64,000 nt of DNA, taken from the NCBI GenBank assembly GCA_963700285.1, contig CAVOXA010000001.1, positions 928,001 to 992,000 of the forward strand. The letters are read 5' to 3'. Under the pieces are notes generated by a model. The model was given only the letters and a program-made list of their open reading frames with translations. It did no database searches and was not told the origin of the DNA. Position numbers and translations under genes: made by a program. Shown piece after piece: positions 21,280-31,207 of the stretch (position 1 is the first letter of the stretch; every line of letters begins with the position of its first letter). The DNA comes from an uncultured Chloroflexia bacterium. Its GTDB lineage: Bacteria > Chloroflexota > Anaerolineae > JAAYZQ01.

Positions 21280-21483
21280 GAGCCGCTGACGGGCGATGGG
21301 ATTGAATGAGGGAGACTGGCTTGAAGGGTTTCCAGGTTTGGGGAAGGGGGTGAGGCTAGCGCAAGTGAGACAGGATGTGGATGGGGGGGAGAAGTGCAAG
21401 GCTACGCAGATCCCAGGCCCAAACGTGGACCCCAGGTCATGTAGCCTAATTGAGAGTCAGTCTTATGAAAGGAGCACAAAGAA

Positions 21484-23223
21484 ATGCGAAGGAAGATAGG
21501 GATTCTGTTGTTGCTCGTTGCCATGGTTGCCAGTTCTCTGCTCATGGCCTGTGGTGCCGCGGAGCCAGAAGTTGTCGAAGTGGAGAAGGAAGTGACCTCC
21601 ATCGTCAAAGAGATGGTCAAGGAAACCGTGATCGTCGAGGGTACGCCTCAGATTGTGGAGAAAGAGGTAACCAAGATTGTCGAGGGTACGCCCCAGGTTG
21701 TGGAGAAAGAGGTGACCAAGGTCGTCTTTGTCACCGCGGAGGCACCCTCAAGCGGCGAGCCCAAGCGCGGGGGGACGCTCTACATCGGCCAGGACTTTGG
21801 TCCCCAGCACTTTGACCCGCACAAGACCACGGCCTGGGCTTCGCAGAACATCTATGAGCACATCTACGAAGGCCTGATCCAGTGGAACGAAGACGAGACC
21901 GAGATCATGCCCAATCTGGCCGAAAGCTGGGAGATCTCGGACGACGGGCTGGTCTACACCTTCAAGATCCGCGAAGGGGTCAAGTTCCACAACGGTCGAG
22001 AAATGACCCCGGAGGACGTCAAGTTCTCCCTGGATCGCATACGCGACCCCGATTCGGGCAGCCTCCAGGCCTCCACGCTCGACCTGGTCGAATCGGTGGA
22101 GGTCACGGACGACGGAATGGTTCAGGTTACCCTGAGCGCGCCCTCGGCCACCTTTTTGATCTCTCTGAATGATGAGCTGGGGATCGTGCCCCCGGAGGCG
22201 GTCGATGAGTTGGAGACCAAGCCGGTCGGCACCGGCCCGTTCATGCTGGACGAGTATGTGCTGGATCAGTACGTCAGACTGGTGCGCAACCCCTTCTACT
22301 ACGAGGAGGGCCTGCCCTATCTCGACCGGGTGGAGTTCAAGATCCTGGGCGACGAGGCCTCGAAAGAGGCCGCCATGCGCTCCGGGAGCGTGGATATGAC
22401 CTGGTTCCGCGACCCCCGCCAGGCGACGGCCTTGGCCGAGAACGTGGAGGGCCTGATCTCTGCGCCCGGCATTCCCAGCCGCTACATTCCCATCCGATTC
22501 AGCCTCTGCGATGAGCCGTTTAACGACGTGCGAGTCCGGCGGGCATTCAGCCTGGCCATGGATCGGGAGCAACTGGTAGATGTGGTGATCCCCTCCAAGT
22601 ATGGCGGTGGTGTCAGCGGAGTCCTGGCGCCATCCAGCCCCTACTTCTGGCAGGGGGATCCCATGGACATGCCCTACTACAGGCGCGACGTTGAGAAGGC
22701 TAAAGAACTGCTGGCTGAGGCCGGGTACCCCGACGGGATCACCATCGACGAGTACAAGGTCGTGGCTGCCAACCAGCTTGATGTGGACGGCGCACAGGTG
22801 TTGAAGGAGCAGTGGGCCGAGGCGGGCATCGATGTCAACATCGTGCCCATGGAAGTGGGCCAGATCCTCGATGACTTTACCAAGGGGAACGGCAACATGA
22901 TCCAGGTTGGGTATGTGTGGTCTCCTGACCCTGACCTACGGCTCTATCAATACTTCCACCCCTCCGCCGATCCGGCCAAGGCCTACTGTATCGACGATCC
23001 GATACTGGGTGATCTGCTCGACCGGGGCCGCACATCGGTCGAGCCCGCGGAGCGCCAGGAGATCTACCAGGAAGTCCAAAGGCACATCGCGGACGAGGCG
23101 TACTGGCTCGTCAACTATGGCTACCCGCTGCGCTGGGAGATGTGGCAGGACTATGTAAAGGGCTACCAGAACCGTCCTTCCAACAGCCGCTGGGCGCTGC
23201 GGACGACCTGGTTGGACAAATAG
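21484..23223 (+). CDS. ABC transporter family-5 (DppA/OppA-like) solute-binding lipoprotein
   Basis: Lipobox LMAC, GGTL, PNLAESWEIS, VKFHNG, VGTGPF, VRRA, AKELLAEAG. Confidence 0.93.
   Translation: MRRKIGILLLLVAMVASSLLMACGAAEPEVVEVEKEVTSIVKEMVKETVIVEGTPQIVEKEVTKIVEGTPQVVEKEVTKVVFVTAEAPSSGEPKRGGTLYIGQDFGPQHFDPHKTTAWASQNIYEHIYEGLIQWNEDETEIMPNLAESWEISDDGLVYTFKIREGVKFHNGREMTPEDVKFSLDRIRDPDSGSLQASTLDLVESVEVTDDGMVQVTLSAPSATFLISLNDELGIVPPEAVDELETKPVGTGPFMLDEYVLDQYVRLVRNPFYYEEGLPYLDRVEFKILGDEASKEAAMRSGSVDMTWFRDPRQATALAENVEGLISAPGIPSRYIPIRFSLCDEPFNDVRVRRAFSLAMDREQLVDVVIPSKYGGGVSGVLAPSSPYFWQGDPMDMPYYRRDVEKAKELLAEAGYPDGITIDEYKVVAANQLDVDGAQVLKEQWAEAGIDVNIVPMEVGQILDDFTKGNGNMIQVGYVWSPDPDLRLYQYFHPSADPAKAYCIDDPILGDLLDRGRTSVEPAERQEIYQEVQRHIADEAYWLVNYGYPLRWEMWQDYVKGYQNRPSNSRWALRTTWLDK
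21631..21720 (+). repeat. Tandem 45-bp coding repeat in the SBP stalk
   Basis: IVEGTPQIVEKEVTK / IVEGTPQVVEKEVTK, two near-identical copies. Confidence 0.85.
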
Positions 23224-23241
23224 GACAGGGAGCATAACCTC

Positions 23242-23275
23242 GGCCGGCGGGCCGAGATCCAACAGCCCGCCGGCC
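23242..23275 (+). other. Intercistronic stem-loop after the SBP gene (probable mRNA stabiliser or attenuator)
   Basis: 11-bp stem GGCCGGCGGGC / GCCCGCCGGCC with no strong U-tract. Confidence 0.65.
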
Positions 23276-23295
23276 TTGCACTTGAAGGAGATCAC

Positions 23296-24249
23296 TTGAG
23301 CCAATACATCCTTCGCCGGCTGTTCCTGCTAGTGCCTGTGATTATTGGGATTACTCTACTCAGTTTCATCGTGATCAAGATACTGCCCGGCGACTTGGCC
23401 GTGGCCATGATGGGGCAAGAGGCCCTAGACCGGATGTCTCCCGAGCTGTTGGCCCAGATCCGGGCCGACCTGGGCCTGGACCGTCCCCTCCACATACAGT
23501 ACCTTTCTTGGCTCTGGGATGTGCTACGGGGGGATTTGGGTACGTCTCTCGTCCTCAAGATCGAGGTTCTGCCCGAGATCCTCCGCCGTGTGGCCGTGAC
23601 GGGGGAGTTGGCGATCCTTTCCGTGGCCTTTGGGCTAATCTTTGGAGCGCCCATCGGCATCCTGGCCGCAACGCAAGGAGGGGTCTGGGATTGGGTCAGT
23701 CGTTTCCTGACCTCGGTGGGCGTTGCCATACCCAGCTTTTTCGTTGCCACACTGCTGCTGCTCTTCGTGGCGCCTGTGACGCCCTGGATCCCGGTCTTTA
23801 CCTATGTACCCTTCCGAGAAGATCCCATAACCAACCTGCTGATCATGATCTTCCCGGTGATCGCCCTGGGCAGCGGCATGGCCATGGTCATCGCCGAGAA
23901 CACGCGCTCCGCCGTGCTGGATGTGCTGGCCCAGGACTATGTCATCGTCGCCCGGGCAAAGGGGCTCCAGGAAAAGGCCGTCATCTGGGGGCACGTGCTC
24001 AAGAACGCCTCCATCCCCATCATCTCCGTCCTGGGCCTGCAGACCAGTTTTCTCTTTAGCGGGACGATCATCATCGAGACAATCTTTAGCCTGCCGGGCA
24101 TGGGCAAACTGGTGATCAACGGCATCTACCTGCGCGACTATGTTGTCGTCCAGGGTGTGCTGCTGTTCACAGCCGTCGCAGTCGTGCTGATCAATCTGAT
24201 CACCGATATCCTCTATGCCTACGTCGATCCTCGCATCCGGTACGACTAG
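23296..24249 (+). CDS. Peptide ABC transporter permease (DppB-like)
   Basis: YILRRL, GLDRPL, GDLGTS, ARAKGL, IETIFSLPGMG, DPRI. Confidence 0.93.
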   Translation: MSQYILRRLFLLVPVIIGITLLSFIVIKILPGDLAVAMMGQEALDRMSPELLAQIRADLGLDRPLHIQYLSWLWDVLRGDLGTSLVLKIEVLPEILRRVAVTGELAILSVAFGLIFGAPIGILAATQGGVWDWVSRFLTSVGVAIPSFFVATLLLLFVAPVTPWIPVFTYVPFREDPITNLLIMIFPVIALGSGMAMVIAENTRSAVLDVLAQDYVIVARAKGLQEKAVIWGHVLKNASIPIISVLGLQTSFLFSGTIIIETIFSLPGMGKLVINGIYLRDYVVVQGVLLFTAVAVVLINLITDILYAYVDPRIRYD

Positions 24250-24269
24250 GAGAACCGAAGGGGTCAAGC

Positions 24270-25172
24270 ATGACGAACGTGTCCTCGTTGCGCAGTACAA
24301 ACTCACTTGAGGAACAGGATGCAAAAGCCGGGCGATCCGCCTATCACATGCGGTCCATTCGAGCCCTGTTCCGGAACAAGATGCTGATGGTCGGCGCGAC
24401 CATGGTCAGCGTGCTGTTCTTGCTGGCCATCCTGGCCCCTGTGGTGGCGCCCTACAGCCCCTATGCGATTGGGGTTGGGGAATCGATGGCCGGTCCCTCC
24501 GCAGAGCACATCATGGGCACCGACAAGCTGGGACGAGATCTCTTTTCTCGCATCATCTATGGCTCCCGCACCACGCTGCTGGTGGCCATCCCGTCCATCG
24601 CCCTGGCACTGGTCCTCGGGCTGGCCCTGGGTCTGACCTCCGGCTATCTGGGCGGGAGAACGGACCAGTTCATCATGCGCATCCTGGACATCTTTATGGC
24701 TTTTCCCGGGCTGCTGCTAGCCATTGCCATCGTGGCCATACTTGGCCCTAGCATCCGTAACCTGCTGATCACCATCGGCCTGCTCTACACCCCCAGCCTG
24801 GCGCGTGTCGTGCGCGCGCCCGTTCTTTCGGTCAAAGAGCAAGAGTTCGTGGAGGCGGCCCGGCTCTGCGGGGCCAAAAGCGAGCGCATTGTGCGGCGGC
24901 ACATCTTTCCCAACGTCACTTCGCCCGTCATTGTCCTCGTTACGCTGGCCGTTGCCCAGGCCATTCTGACGGAAGCCGCCCTGTCCTACTTGGGCCTGGG
25001 CGCGCCGCCGCCCAGTCCGAGCTGGGGCGAGATGCTCAGCACAAGCCGCTGGTTCCTGACCTCGGCGCCCTGGTACGCCATCTTTCCGGGCTTGGCCATT
25101 GTCTTTGCCGCATCGGCTTTCATCATCATGGGCAACGGGCTGCGCGACTGGATCGATCCGCGACGGCGGTAG
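24270..25172 (+). CDS. Peptide ABC transporter permease (DppC-like)
   Basis: GTDKLGRD, FVEAARLCGA, EAALSYLGLG, PSWG, GLRDWIDP. Confidence 0.93.
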   Translation: MTNVSSLRSTNSLEEQDAKAGRSAYHMRSIRALFRNKMLMVGATMVSVLFLLAILAPVVAPYSPYAIGVGESMAGPSAEHIMGTDKLGRDLFSRIIYGSRTTLLVAIPSIALALVLGLALGLTSGYLGGRTDQFIMRILDIFMAFPGLLLAIAIVAILGPSIRNLLITIGLLYTPSLARVVRAPVLSVKEQEFVEAARLCGAKSERIVRRHIFPNVTSPVIVLVTLAVAQAILTEAALSYLGLGAPPPSPSWGEMLSTSRWFLTSAPWYAIFPGLAIVFAASAFIIMGNGLRDWIDPRRR

Positions 25173-25279
25173 TCTATCCGGTGGGCATATGCCCCTGTGC
25201 CAGCATCCGTGTGGAGAACGAACAACAGGTTGGTGGCTGACAAGCTTCACCACTGTACCATCTTTGATGAGGAAAAACC

Positions 25280-26833
25280 ATGAAGAGGATCGCAGTTATC
25301 GGTCTTATGCATGAGGCCAATACTTTCGCTCTAGAAATAAACGACAAGCCCGATGCCCCTGTTCTCCTGGGGGATGATGTACTGACCGACGAGCATCCCA
25401 TGAGTTGGCCGCAATTCATCTGGATCCGCGGCTTTGTGGACGCGTCCGCCAGACGGCCCGATGTAGAGCTGGTTCCCATCGCCGCCGTGAACTTTGTGCT
25501 GCACAACAGGGGTATTGTCTATGCGTCCGTGTATGAGCATTACCAGGACATCATCCTCTGCAAGCTCCGGGAGGCAGGACCAGTGGATGGGATCTACTTT
25601 GCCCTGCACGGGGCGCTGGCCGTAGAAGCACCCTATACCGACGCGGAGGACTGTCTCGTCCGGGCCGTCCGGGATCTACTGGGTTACGACATGCCCATGG
25701 TCGGCACCTATGACTATCACGGCATCTATACCGACTGGGAGGTGGAGGAGGGGCTGGTGCCTTTCCCCATGGACACCAACCCGCATATCGACGGTTACGA
25801 GAGGGGAGTAGAAGCGGCCGAGTGCCTGTTTGCCATGCTGGACGGTAAGGTTAATCCGGTGACAAAGCGCATCTTTGTACCCATCATCGGTCCCAACATC
25901 GGCCAGAGCACCTGGTCGCAGATCCCGGAGGACGAGGAGAAGCTTCCTGTCTACCAGTTGAACCTGCTGCGCGAGGAACTGGAAAAGACTCCCGGCGTCA
26001 TCAACCTGACCATCCAGGGTGGCTATGGCTACGCCGACACGCCCGACACCGGCATGTGCGTGATGGCTACCACCGATGGCGACCCAGAGCTGGCCAACAG
26101 GCTGGCCAAACAGCTAGCCCAAGCGCTGTGGGATCGCCGGGAAGAGATCCTGACGGTCCGGCCGATACTGCATGTTGACGAAGGGGTCAAGAAAGCCATG
26201 GCCATGGAGGGCCTGGTCAACCTGGTGGACCTGGGCGATGATCCGGGCAGCTCCACCCCGGGCGACAGCCCGGTGGTTCTGGAAAGCCTGATCCGCAACG
26301 GAGCCCGGGACTGTGCCCTAAGTATTCGCGACCCGGAGGTGGTGCGCGCCGGACTGGAAGCGGGGGTTGGTGCGACACTGACCATGAAAGTCGGGGCCAA
26401 GATCGACCAGCGCTTCTACAAACCCATCGAGATCACCGGCAAGGTCAAGCGCATCGACGACGGCAATTACGTCATCACCGGCCCGACCCATGCCGGTACC
26501 GGGAGGACCATCACCAGGGACTCTTTCCAAGAGCGAAATGTTGGCCCCCGTGTGGTACTGCGCATCGGCGACAAGATCGACGTCATCTTTAGCGAGCGCC
26601 ACACCGGCTCAGAACGTGACTTTTTCAAGAGCGCGGGCATCGTCTTTGAGGAGAAAAAGATCGTGGTCGTCAAGTCAAACCAGGCGCATCGTGCTTCCTT
26701 CGACCCTATCGTCGACGCGACCATCGATCTGCGTTCGCCAGGCATCAGCACGGTGGATTACGAGAGCCTGCCCTTCAAGCTCATTCCCAGACCCATCTAT
26801 CCGATAGACATGGATATGGAGTGGAGTCCCTAA
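25280..26833 (+). CDS. M81 family metallopeptidase (MlrC-like), paralog 1
   Basis: HEANTF, LHGA, DYHG, PHID, DDPG, IVVVKS, PRPIYPID. Confidence 0.88.
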   Translation: MKRIAVIGLMHEANTFALEINDKPDAPVLLGDDVLTDEHPMSWPQFIWIRGFVDASARRPDVELVPIAAVNFVLHNRGIVYASVYEHYQDIILCKLREAGPVDGIYFALHGALAVEAPYTDAEDCLVRAVRDLLGYDMPMVGTYDYHGIYTDWEVEEGLVPFPMDTNPHIDGYERGVEAAECLFAMLDGKVNPVTKRIFVPIIGPNIGQSTWSQIPEDEEKLPVYQLNLLREELEKTPGVINLTIQGGYGYADTPDTGMCVMATTDGDPELANRLAKQLAQALWDRREEILTVRPILHVDEGVKKAMAMEGLVNLVDLGDDPGSSTPGDSPVVLESLIRNGARDCALSIRDPEVVRAGLEAGVGATLTMKVGAKIDQRFYKPIEITGKVKRIDDGNYVITGPTHAGTGRTITRDSFQERNVGPRVVLRIGDKIDVIFSERHTGSERDFFKSAGIVFEEKKIVVVKSNQAHRASFDPIVDATIDLRSPGISTVDYESLPFKLIPRPIYPIDMDMEWSP

Positions 26834-26906
26834 TCTACTTGACCACTGTGACGCAGAGAATTTTGGCGCATCAAAGAAAACTATCAATATATTGGAGGCG
26901 ACAGTC

Positions 26907-28448
26907 ATGAGAATCGCAGTCGTAGGCATGTACCACGAGACCAACACGTTCGCCCTCGAAGAACACGACAAGCCCGACGCGCCGACTCATTACGGTGAAG
27001 AGGTGCTGGCCCATGCGCACCCCAGGAGCTACATCGGCGGCTTCATGGAAGCCAGCGCAAGGCGTCCCGAGGTCGAGCTGGTACCCACGCTGGAGGTAAG
27101 CTTTTTCCAGAGCGCGGGCGGCATGGTACACGCGGGGGTCTTTGAGCACTATCGAGACGATATCCTGAAGAGCCTGGAGGAAGCGGGGCCGCTGGATGGG
27201 GTGTACTTTGCCTTGCACGGGGCGATGGCGGTGGAGGCGCCTTACACCGACGCGGAGGACTGCCTCATCCGGTCCGTCCGCGACCTGCTGGGCTACGACA
27301 TGCCCATGGTCGGCACCTACGACTTTCACGGCATCTACACCGACTGGGAGGTGGAGGAGGGGTTGGTCGCGTTTCCGCTCAACACGAATCCCCACATCGA
27401 TGCCTATGAGCGGGGCATCGAGGCGGCCGAGTGCCTGTTTGCCATGCTGGACGGCAAGGTCAATCCGGTGACAAAACGGGTCTACGTACCCATCATGGGT
27501 CCCAACATCGGCCAGAGCACCTGGTCGCACATTCCCGAGCAAGAGGAAAAGCTACCGCTCTACCAGTTGAACCTGCTGCGTGAAGAGTTGGAAAAGGTCC
27601 CCGGGGTGATGAACATCACCATCCAGGGTGGGTATGGCTACGCGGACACGCCGGACACCGGCATGTGCGTGATGGCCACGACCGACGGCGACCCGGAGTT
27701 GGCCGACGAGATGGCGGAGCGGATGGCCGGAGAGCTGTGGGCGAAACGGGAGGAGATCCGGATGGTACGCCCCATCCTGGAGATCGACGAAGGGGTAAAG
27801 AAGGCCATGGAGATGGAAGGCCTGATCTGCCTGGTCGACCTGGGCGATGATCCGGGCAGCTCCTGTCCGGCCGACAGCCCGGCGGTGCTGGAGAGCCTGA
27901 TCCGGAACGGGGCGCGGGACTGCGCGGTGACGATCCGAGACCCGGAGGCGGTGCGTGCCGGCTTTGAGGCGGGAGTGGGCGCCACATTGACGCTGAAAGT
28001 GGGGGCCAAGATCGACGATCGGTTCTACAAGCCGATCGAGGTGACGGGCAAGGTCCGGTCGCTCGACGATGGGAACTATATGATCGTGGGTCCGACGCAC
28101 GGCGGTTGGAGCCGGGACGTAGCCAAGGAGTCGTTCCGCGAGGCAGAGGTAGGTCCGCGGGTAGTGCTGCGCATCGGGGACAAGATCGATGTCATCTTTA
28201 GCAACGACAAGACGGGGAAGGACCGCGACTTTTTCAAGAGCGCGGGCATCGTCTTTGAGGAGAAAAAGATCGTGGTGGTGAAATCAAACCAGGCGCACCG
28301 CGCTTCGTTCGACCCCATCGTGGATGCGACCATCGACTTGAACACACCGGGGCTGAGCACGGTGGACTATGGGAGTCTGCCCTTCAAGCTGCTGCCTCGG
28401 CCCATCTATCCCATCGATCTGGACATGGAGTGGAGTCCGTCAGACTAA
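26907..28448 (+). CDS. M81 family metallopeptidase (MlrC-like), paralog 2
   Basis: HETNTF, LHGAM, DFHG, PHID; collinear with paralog 1. ATG at 26907 follows GGAGG. Confidence 0.88.
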   Translation: MRIAVVGMYHETNTFALEEHDKPDAPTHYGEEVLAHAHPRSYIGGFMEASARRPEVELVPTLEVSFFQSAGGMVHAGVFEHYRDDILKSLEEAGPLDGVYFALHGAMAVEAPYTDAEDCLIRSVRDLLGYDMPMVGTYDFHGIYTDWEVEEGLVAFPLNTNPHIDAYERGIEAAECLFAMLDGKVNPVTKRVYVPIMGPNIGQSTWSHIPEQEEKLPLYQLNLLREELEKVPGVMNITIQGGYGYADTPDTGMCVMATTDGDPELADEMAERMAGELWAKREEIRMVRPILEIDEGVKKAMEMEGLICLVDLGDDPGSSCPADSPAVLESLIRNGARDCAVTIRDPEAVRAGFEAGVGATLTLKVGAKIDDRFYKPIEVTGKVRSLDDGNYMIVGPTHGGWSRDVAKESFREAEVGPRVVLRIGDKIDVIFSNDKTGKDRDFFKSAGIVFEEKKIVVVKSNQAHRASFDPIVDATIDLNTPGLSTVDYGSLPFKLLPRPIYPIDLDMEWSPSD

Positions 28449-28542
28449 CATCGATCCCAGGCCATCCTTGCGACGGTCAGGCAGTGCGCACCACTGCCAC
28501 CTTCGCAAGGAGCGGCGCAGGAGGGAAGAGGAGGAATCTTCC

Positions 28543-29844
28543 GTGAATAGTAGAACGCAATCCGAAAAGCTGTACGCTAGGTCATGCCAGTCCCTGGCCG
28601 GTGGTGTGAGCAGTAACGTACGTGCCGGGAAACTACCGCCGCCCATGTTCTTTGAGCGCGGCGCCGGTTCGCAGATCTATGACGCTGATGGCAACCAATA
28701 CGTCGATTATGTTCTGGGACAGGGCCCCCTGATCCTGGGCCATTCGCCAGCGCCCGTCCTGCAGGCTGTGGCTCAGGCCTCGGAGCAGGGGCAACTATTC
28801 GCCGGCCAGCTCGAGATGGAAATCACCCTCTCGGAAAAGCTGGTGGAGTTGATCCCCTGCGCGGAACTGGTCCGCTTTAGCAACTCTGGTTCCGAGATCG
28901 TGCAGGCCGCGCTGCGCCTTGCCCGGGCCTATACCGGCAGGGAGAAGGTGATCAAGTTCGAAGGGCAGTATCACGGCTGGTTCGACAACGTGCTCATCAG
29001 CGTGGCCCCTCCGCTGGATCTGGCCGGGCCTCGCGAAGTACCCAACGCAGTCCCGACGACCGCCGGCCAGGCCGCCAGCGCCCTGGAGGATGTGATCGTC
29101 CTACCCTGGAATGACCTGGATCTACTGGAGGCAACCGTGCGGCGGAGGGCCGATGAAATTGCCGCCGTGATCATGGAGCCCATTATGTGCAACACCGGCT
29201 GCATCCTGCCCAAGGAAGGATACCTGGCCGGTGTCCAACGGGTCTGCCAGAAGTATGGCATCGTGTTCATCCTGGACGAAATCATCACCGGCTTTCGGGT
29301 TGGCTTGTCCGGCGCCCAAGGCTACTTTGGCGTCACGCCCGACTTGGCCACTTTTGGCAAGGCCATGGCTGGAGGTTTTCCGGTAAGCTGCCTGGCCGGG
29401 AAGCGTGAGCTGATGAACCTGATCGCGGACGGGACCGTCAATCACTCCGGTACTTTCAATAGCAACGTGATGGCCATGGCGGCGTCACTGGCCACGCTGT
29501 CGGCCCTGGAAGGCGATGGCGTCTATGAGCGCCTGACCACCCACGGCGAGCGCCTGAAGGCGGGCCTGAAGCAGGCGGCGGATGACTTGGGCGTCCCGGT
29601 CCAAGTTAGTGGTCCGGGCCCCATGGTACACCTGGCCTTTGCCGGCCCTGAGCCGATCTATGACTACCGCTCCTTCGTGCAGAACAACGATATGGGCCGC
29701 TGCCAGCGCTTTGCCGATCTCCTCTTGGATCAGGGCGTTCGCTATATCCCGCGGGGCATGTGGTACCTGTCTACGGCGCATAGCGACGAGGATGTCGATG
29801 TCGCGCTGGAGGCGGCCAAGCTGGCTTTCTCAAAGATGGACTAG
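28543..29844 (+). CDS. Class III PLP aminotransferase, GSA-aminomutase (HemL)-like
   Basis: GGVSSNVR, ILGH, NSGSE, KFEGQYHG, DEIITGFR, FGKAMAGG, SGTFN. The catabolic context suggests it is not the haem pathway enzyme. Confidence 0.85.
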   Translation: MNSRTQSEKLYARSCQSLAGGVSSNVRAGKLPPPMFFERGAGSQIYDADGNQYVDYVLGQGPLILGHSPAPVLQAVAQASEQGQLFAGQLEMEITLSEKLVELIPCAELVRFSNSGSEIVQAALRLARAYTGREKVIKFEGQYHGWFDNVLISVAPPLDLAGPREVPNAVPTTAGQAASALEDVIVLPWNDLDLLEATVRRRADEIAAVIMEPIMCNTGCILPKEGYLAGVQRVCQKYGIVFILDEIITGFRVGLSGAQGYFGVTPDLATFGKAMAGGFPVSCLAGKRELMNLIADGTVNHSGTFNSNVMAMAASLATLSALEGDGVYERLTTHGERLKAGLKQAADDLGVPVQVSGPGPMVHLAFAGPEPIYDYRSFVQNNDMGRCQRFADLLLDQGVRYIPRGMWYLSTAHSDEDVDVALEAAKLAFSKMD

Positions 29845-29854
29845 GCCCAGCAGG

Positions 29855-29890
29855 CTAGTCGGGCGCGGACACGCATCCGCGCCCGATTAG
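29855..29890 (+). other. Intercistronic stem-loop
   Basis: CTAGTCGGGCGCGGA-CACGCA-TCCGCGCCCGATTAG (15-bp stem with one G-U pair). Confidence 0.65.
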
Positions 29891-29917
29891 AGGCAACAGC
29901 AAAGGAACCGATCAACT

Positions 29918-31039
29918 GTGGACATCTATGAGCAACTAGGGGTCAAAAAACTGATCAACGCCGGCGGGCCGCAGACCATCTATGGTGGCTCGTTGATGCC
30001 GCCCGAAGTGATCGAAGCCATGGCCGAGGCCAACCGGGCCTTTGTCAATATGAACGAACTCCAGGCCAGGGCCGGAGCTCGGATCGCCCAACTCCTGGGC
30101 GTGGAGGCGGCCCTGGTCAGCGCCGGTGCCGCGGCCGGGATGACGGTCTCCGCCGCGGCCTGTATTGCCGGCACGGATCCGAGCCTGGCAAAGCAGCTTC
30201 CCGACACCCGGGGACTGAAGGACGAGGTCGTCATTCTGCGCCGCCACCGCATCCACTACGATCAGGCGATCCGCCTCTCGGGCGCGCGCCTGGTCGATGC
30301 TGGATTCAGTGATGGGTCGTCGGCTATCGAGGATGTGGCGCCATGCATCAACCAGCAGACGGCGGCCATCCTGTACGTGGCCAAGTTTGAAAAGGCCGCC
30401 GGTTCGGTGCCCCTGGCCGAGATCGTCGCCCTGGGCCGGGACAGGGGGGTGCCGGTCCTGGTCGACGCGGCCGACGAACTGCCGCCACTGTCCAACGCGC
30501 GGCACTTTCTCAAGGTGGGCGCCGATCTGGTCCTCTTTAGCGGGGGAAAGGACATCTGCGGCCCACAGGCTTCGGGACTCATTCTGGGAAAGAAGGAGCT
30601 GATTGAGGCCTGCGTCGTCAACAACTGCCCCAACTATGGGATCGGCCGGCCCATGAAGGTCTCCAAAGAGACCATCGCCGGCTTGACCAAGGCGGTAGAG
30701 TTGTACGTCGAGCAGGATTTTGAGGCGGAGTGGAAGGCATGGGAATCGCAGAGGGACTATGTAGTTGAGCAGCTTGCAAGCGTGCCCGGGGTGCGGGCAC
30801 GCAAGAAAAGGCCGCTCTACCCAGGCCTGCCGCGCTCCTGCTACCTGCCGGCCGTCTATATCGATCTGGACGAGGAGGTGCTTGGTCTGACGGCGGACGA
30901 GATCGTCCGGAGACTGCAAGAGGGTGAGCCGAGCATCGTCGTAGGTCGGTATCCATCGGGCCTGGCCCTGCGCATGCACATGGTTCAGGAAGGGGAAGAG
31001 AAGCTACTGGCTGCCCGGCTTGTGGAGATCCTTGGGTAG
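29918..31039 (+). CDS. SelA-like PLP enzyme (DgaE, D-glucosaminate-6-phosphate ammonia-lyase-like)
   Basis: INAGG..TIYGGS, VDAA, FSGGK (PLP Lys), GIGRPMKVSKE; shorter than true SelA. Confidence 0.8.
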   Translation: MDIYEQLGVKKLINAGGPQTIYGGSLMPPEVIEAMAEANRAFVNMNELQARAGARIAQLLGVEAALVSAGAAAGMTVSAAACIAGTDPSLAKQLPDTRGLKDEVVILRRHRIHYDQAIRLSGARLVDAGFSDGSSAIEDVAPCINQQTAAILYVAKFEKAAGSVPLAEIVALGRDRGVPVLVDAADELPPLSNARHFLKVGADLVLFSGGKDICGPQASGLILGKKELIEACVVNNCPNYGIGRPMKVSKETIAGLTKAVELYVEQDFEAEWKAWESQRDYVVEQLASVPGVRARKKRPLYPGLPRSCYLPAVYIDLDEEVLGLTADEIVRRLQEGEPSIVVGRYPSGLALRMHMVQEGEEKLLAARLVEILG

Positions 31040-31207
31040 CAGATTGAGCGGTCCTGGAGCTACTGGCGGGGTGTCAAGAATGCAATGAGACGGAAGAATG
31101 ACATAAAAATGCTCTCGTTGCAGATCCGTCCGACGCTCGAGGTGCGGGAGCTGTGAATCGTACATGAATGGCTAGGGTAGCAACCGAGGAAAGTGGGGCA
31201 GGTAGAC

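Noticed and set aside
25280-28448. Microcystin degradation (mlr) cluster
   Set aside because: No MlrA, MlrB or MlrD homologs are present, and the M81 family is much broader than microcystin degradation.
28543-29844. Housekeeping hemL
   Set aside because: No tetrapyrrole genes are adjacent and it is embedded in a catabolic operon, so no symbol was assigned.
29918-31039. True selenocysteine synthase SelA
   Set aside because: It is too short, has the DgaE-like N-terminus, and there is no selB, selC or selD nearby.
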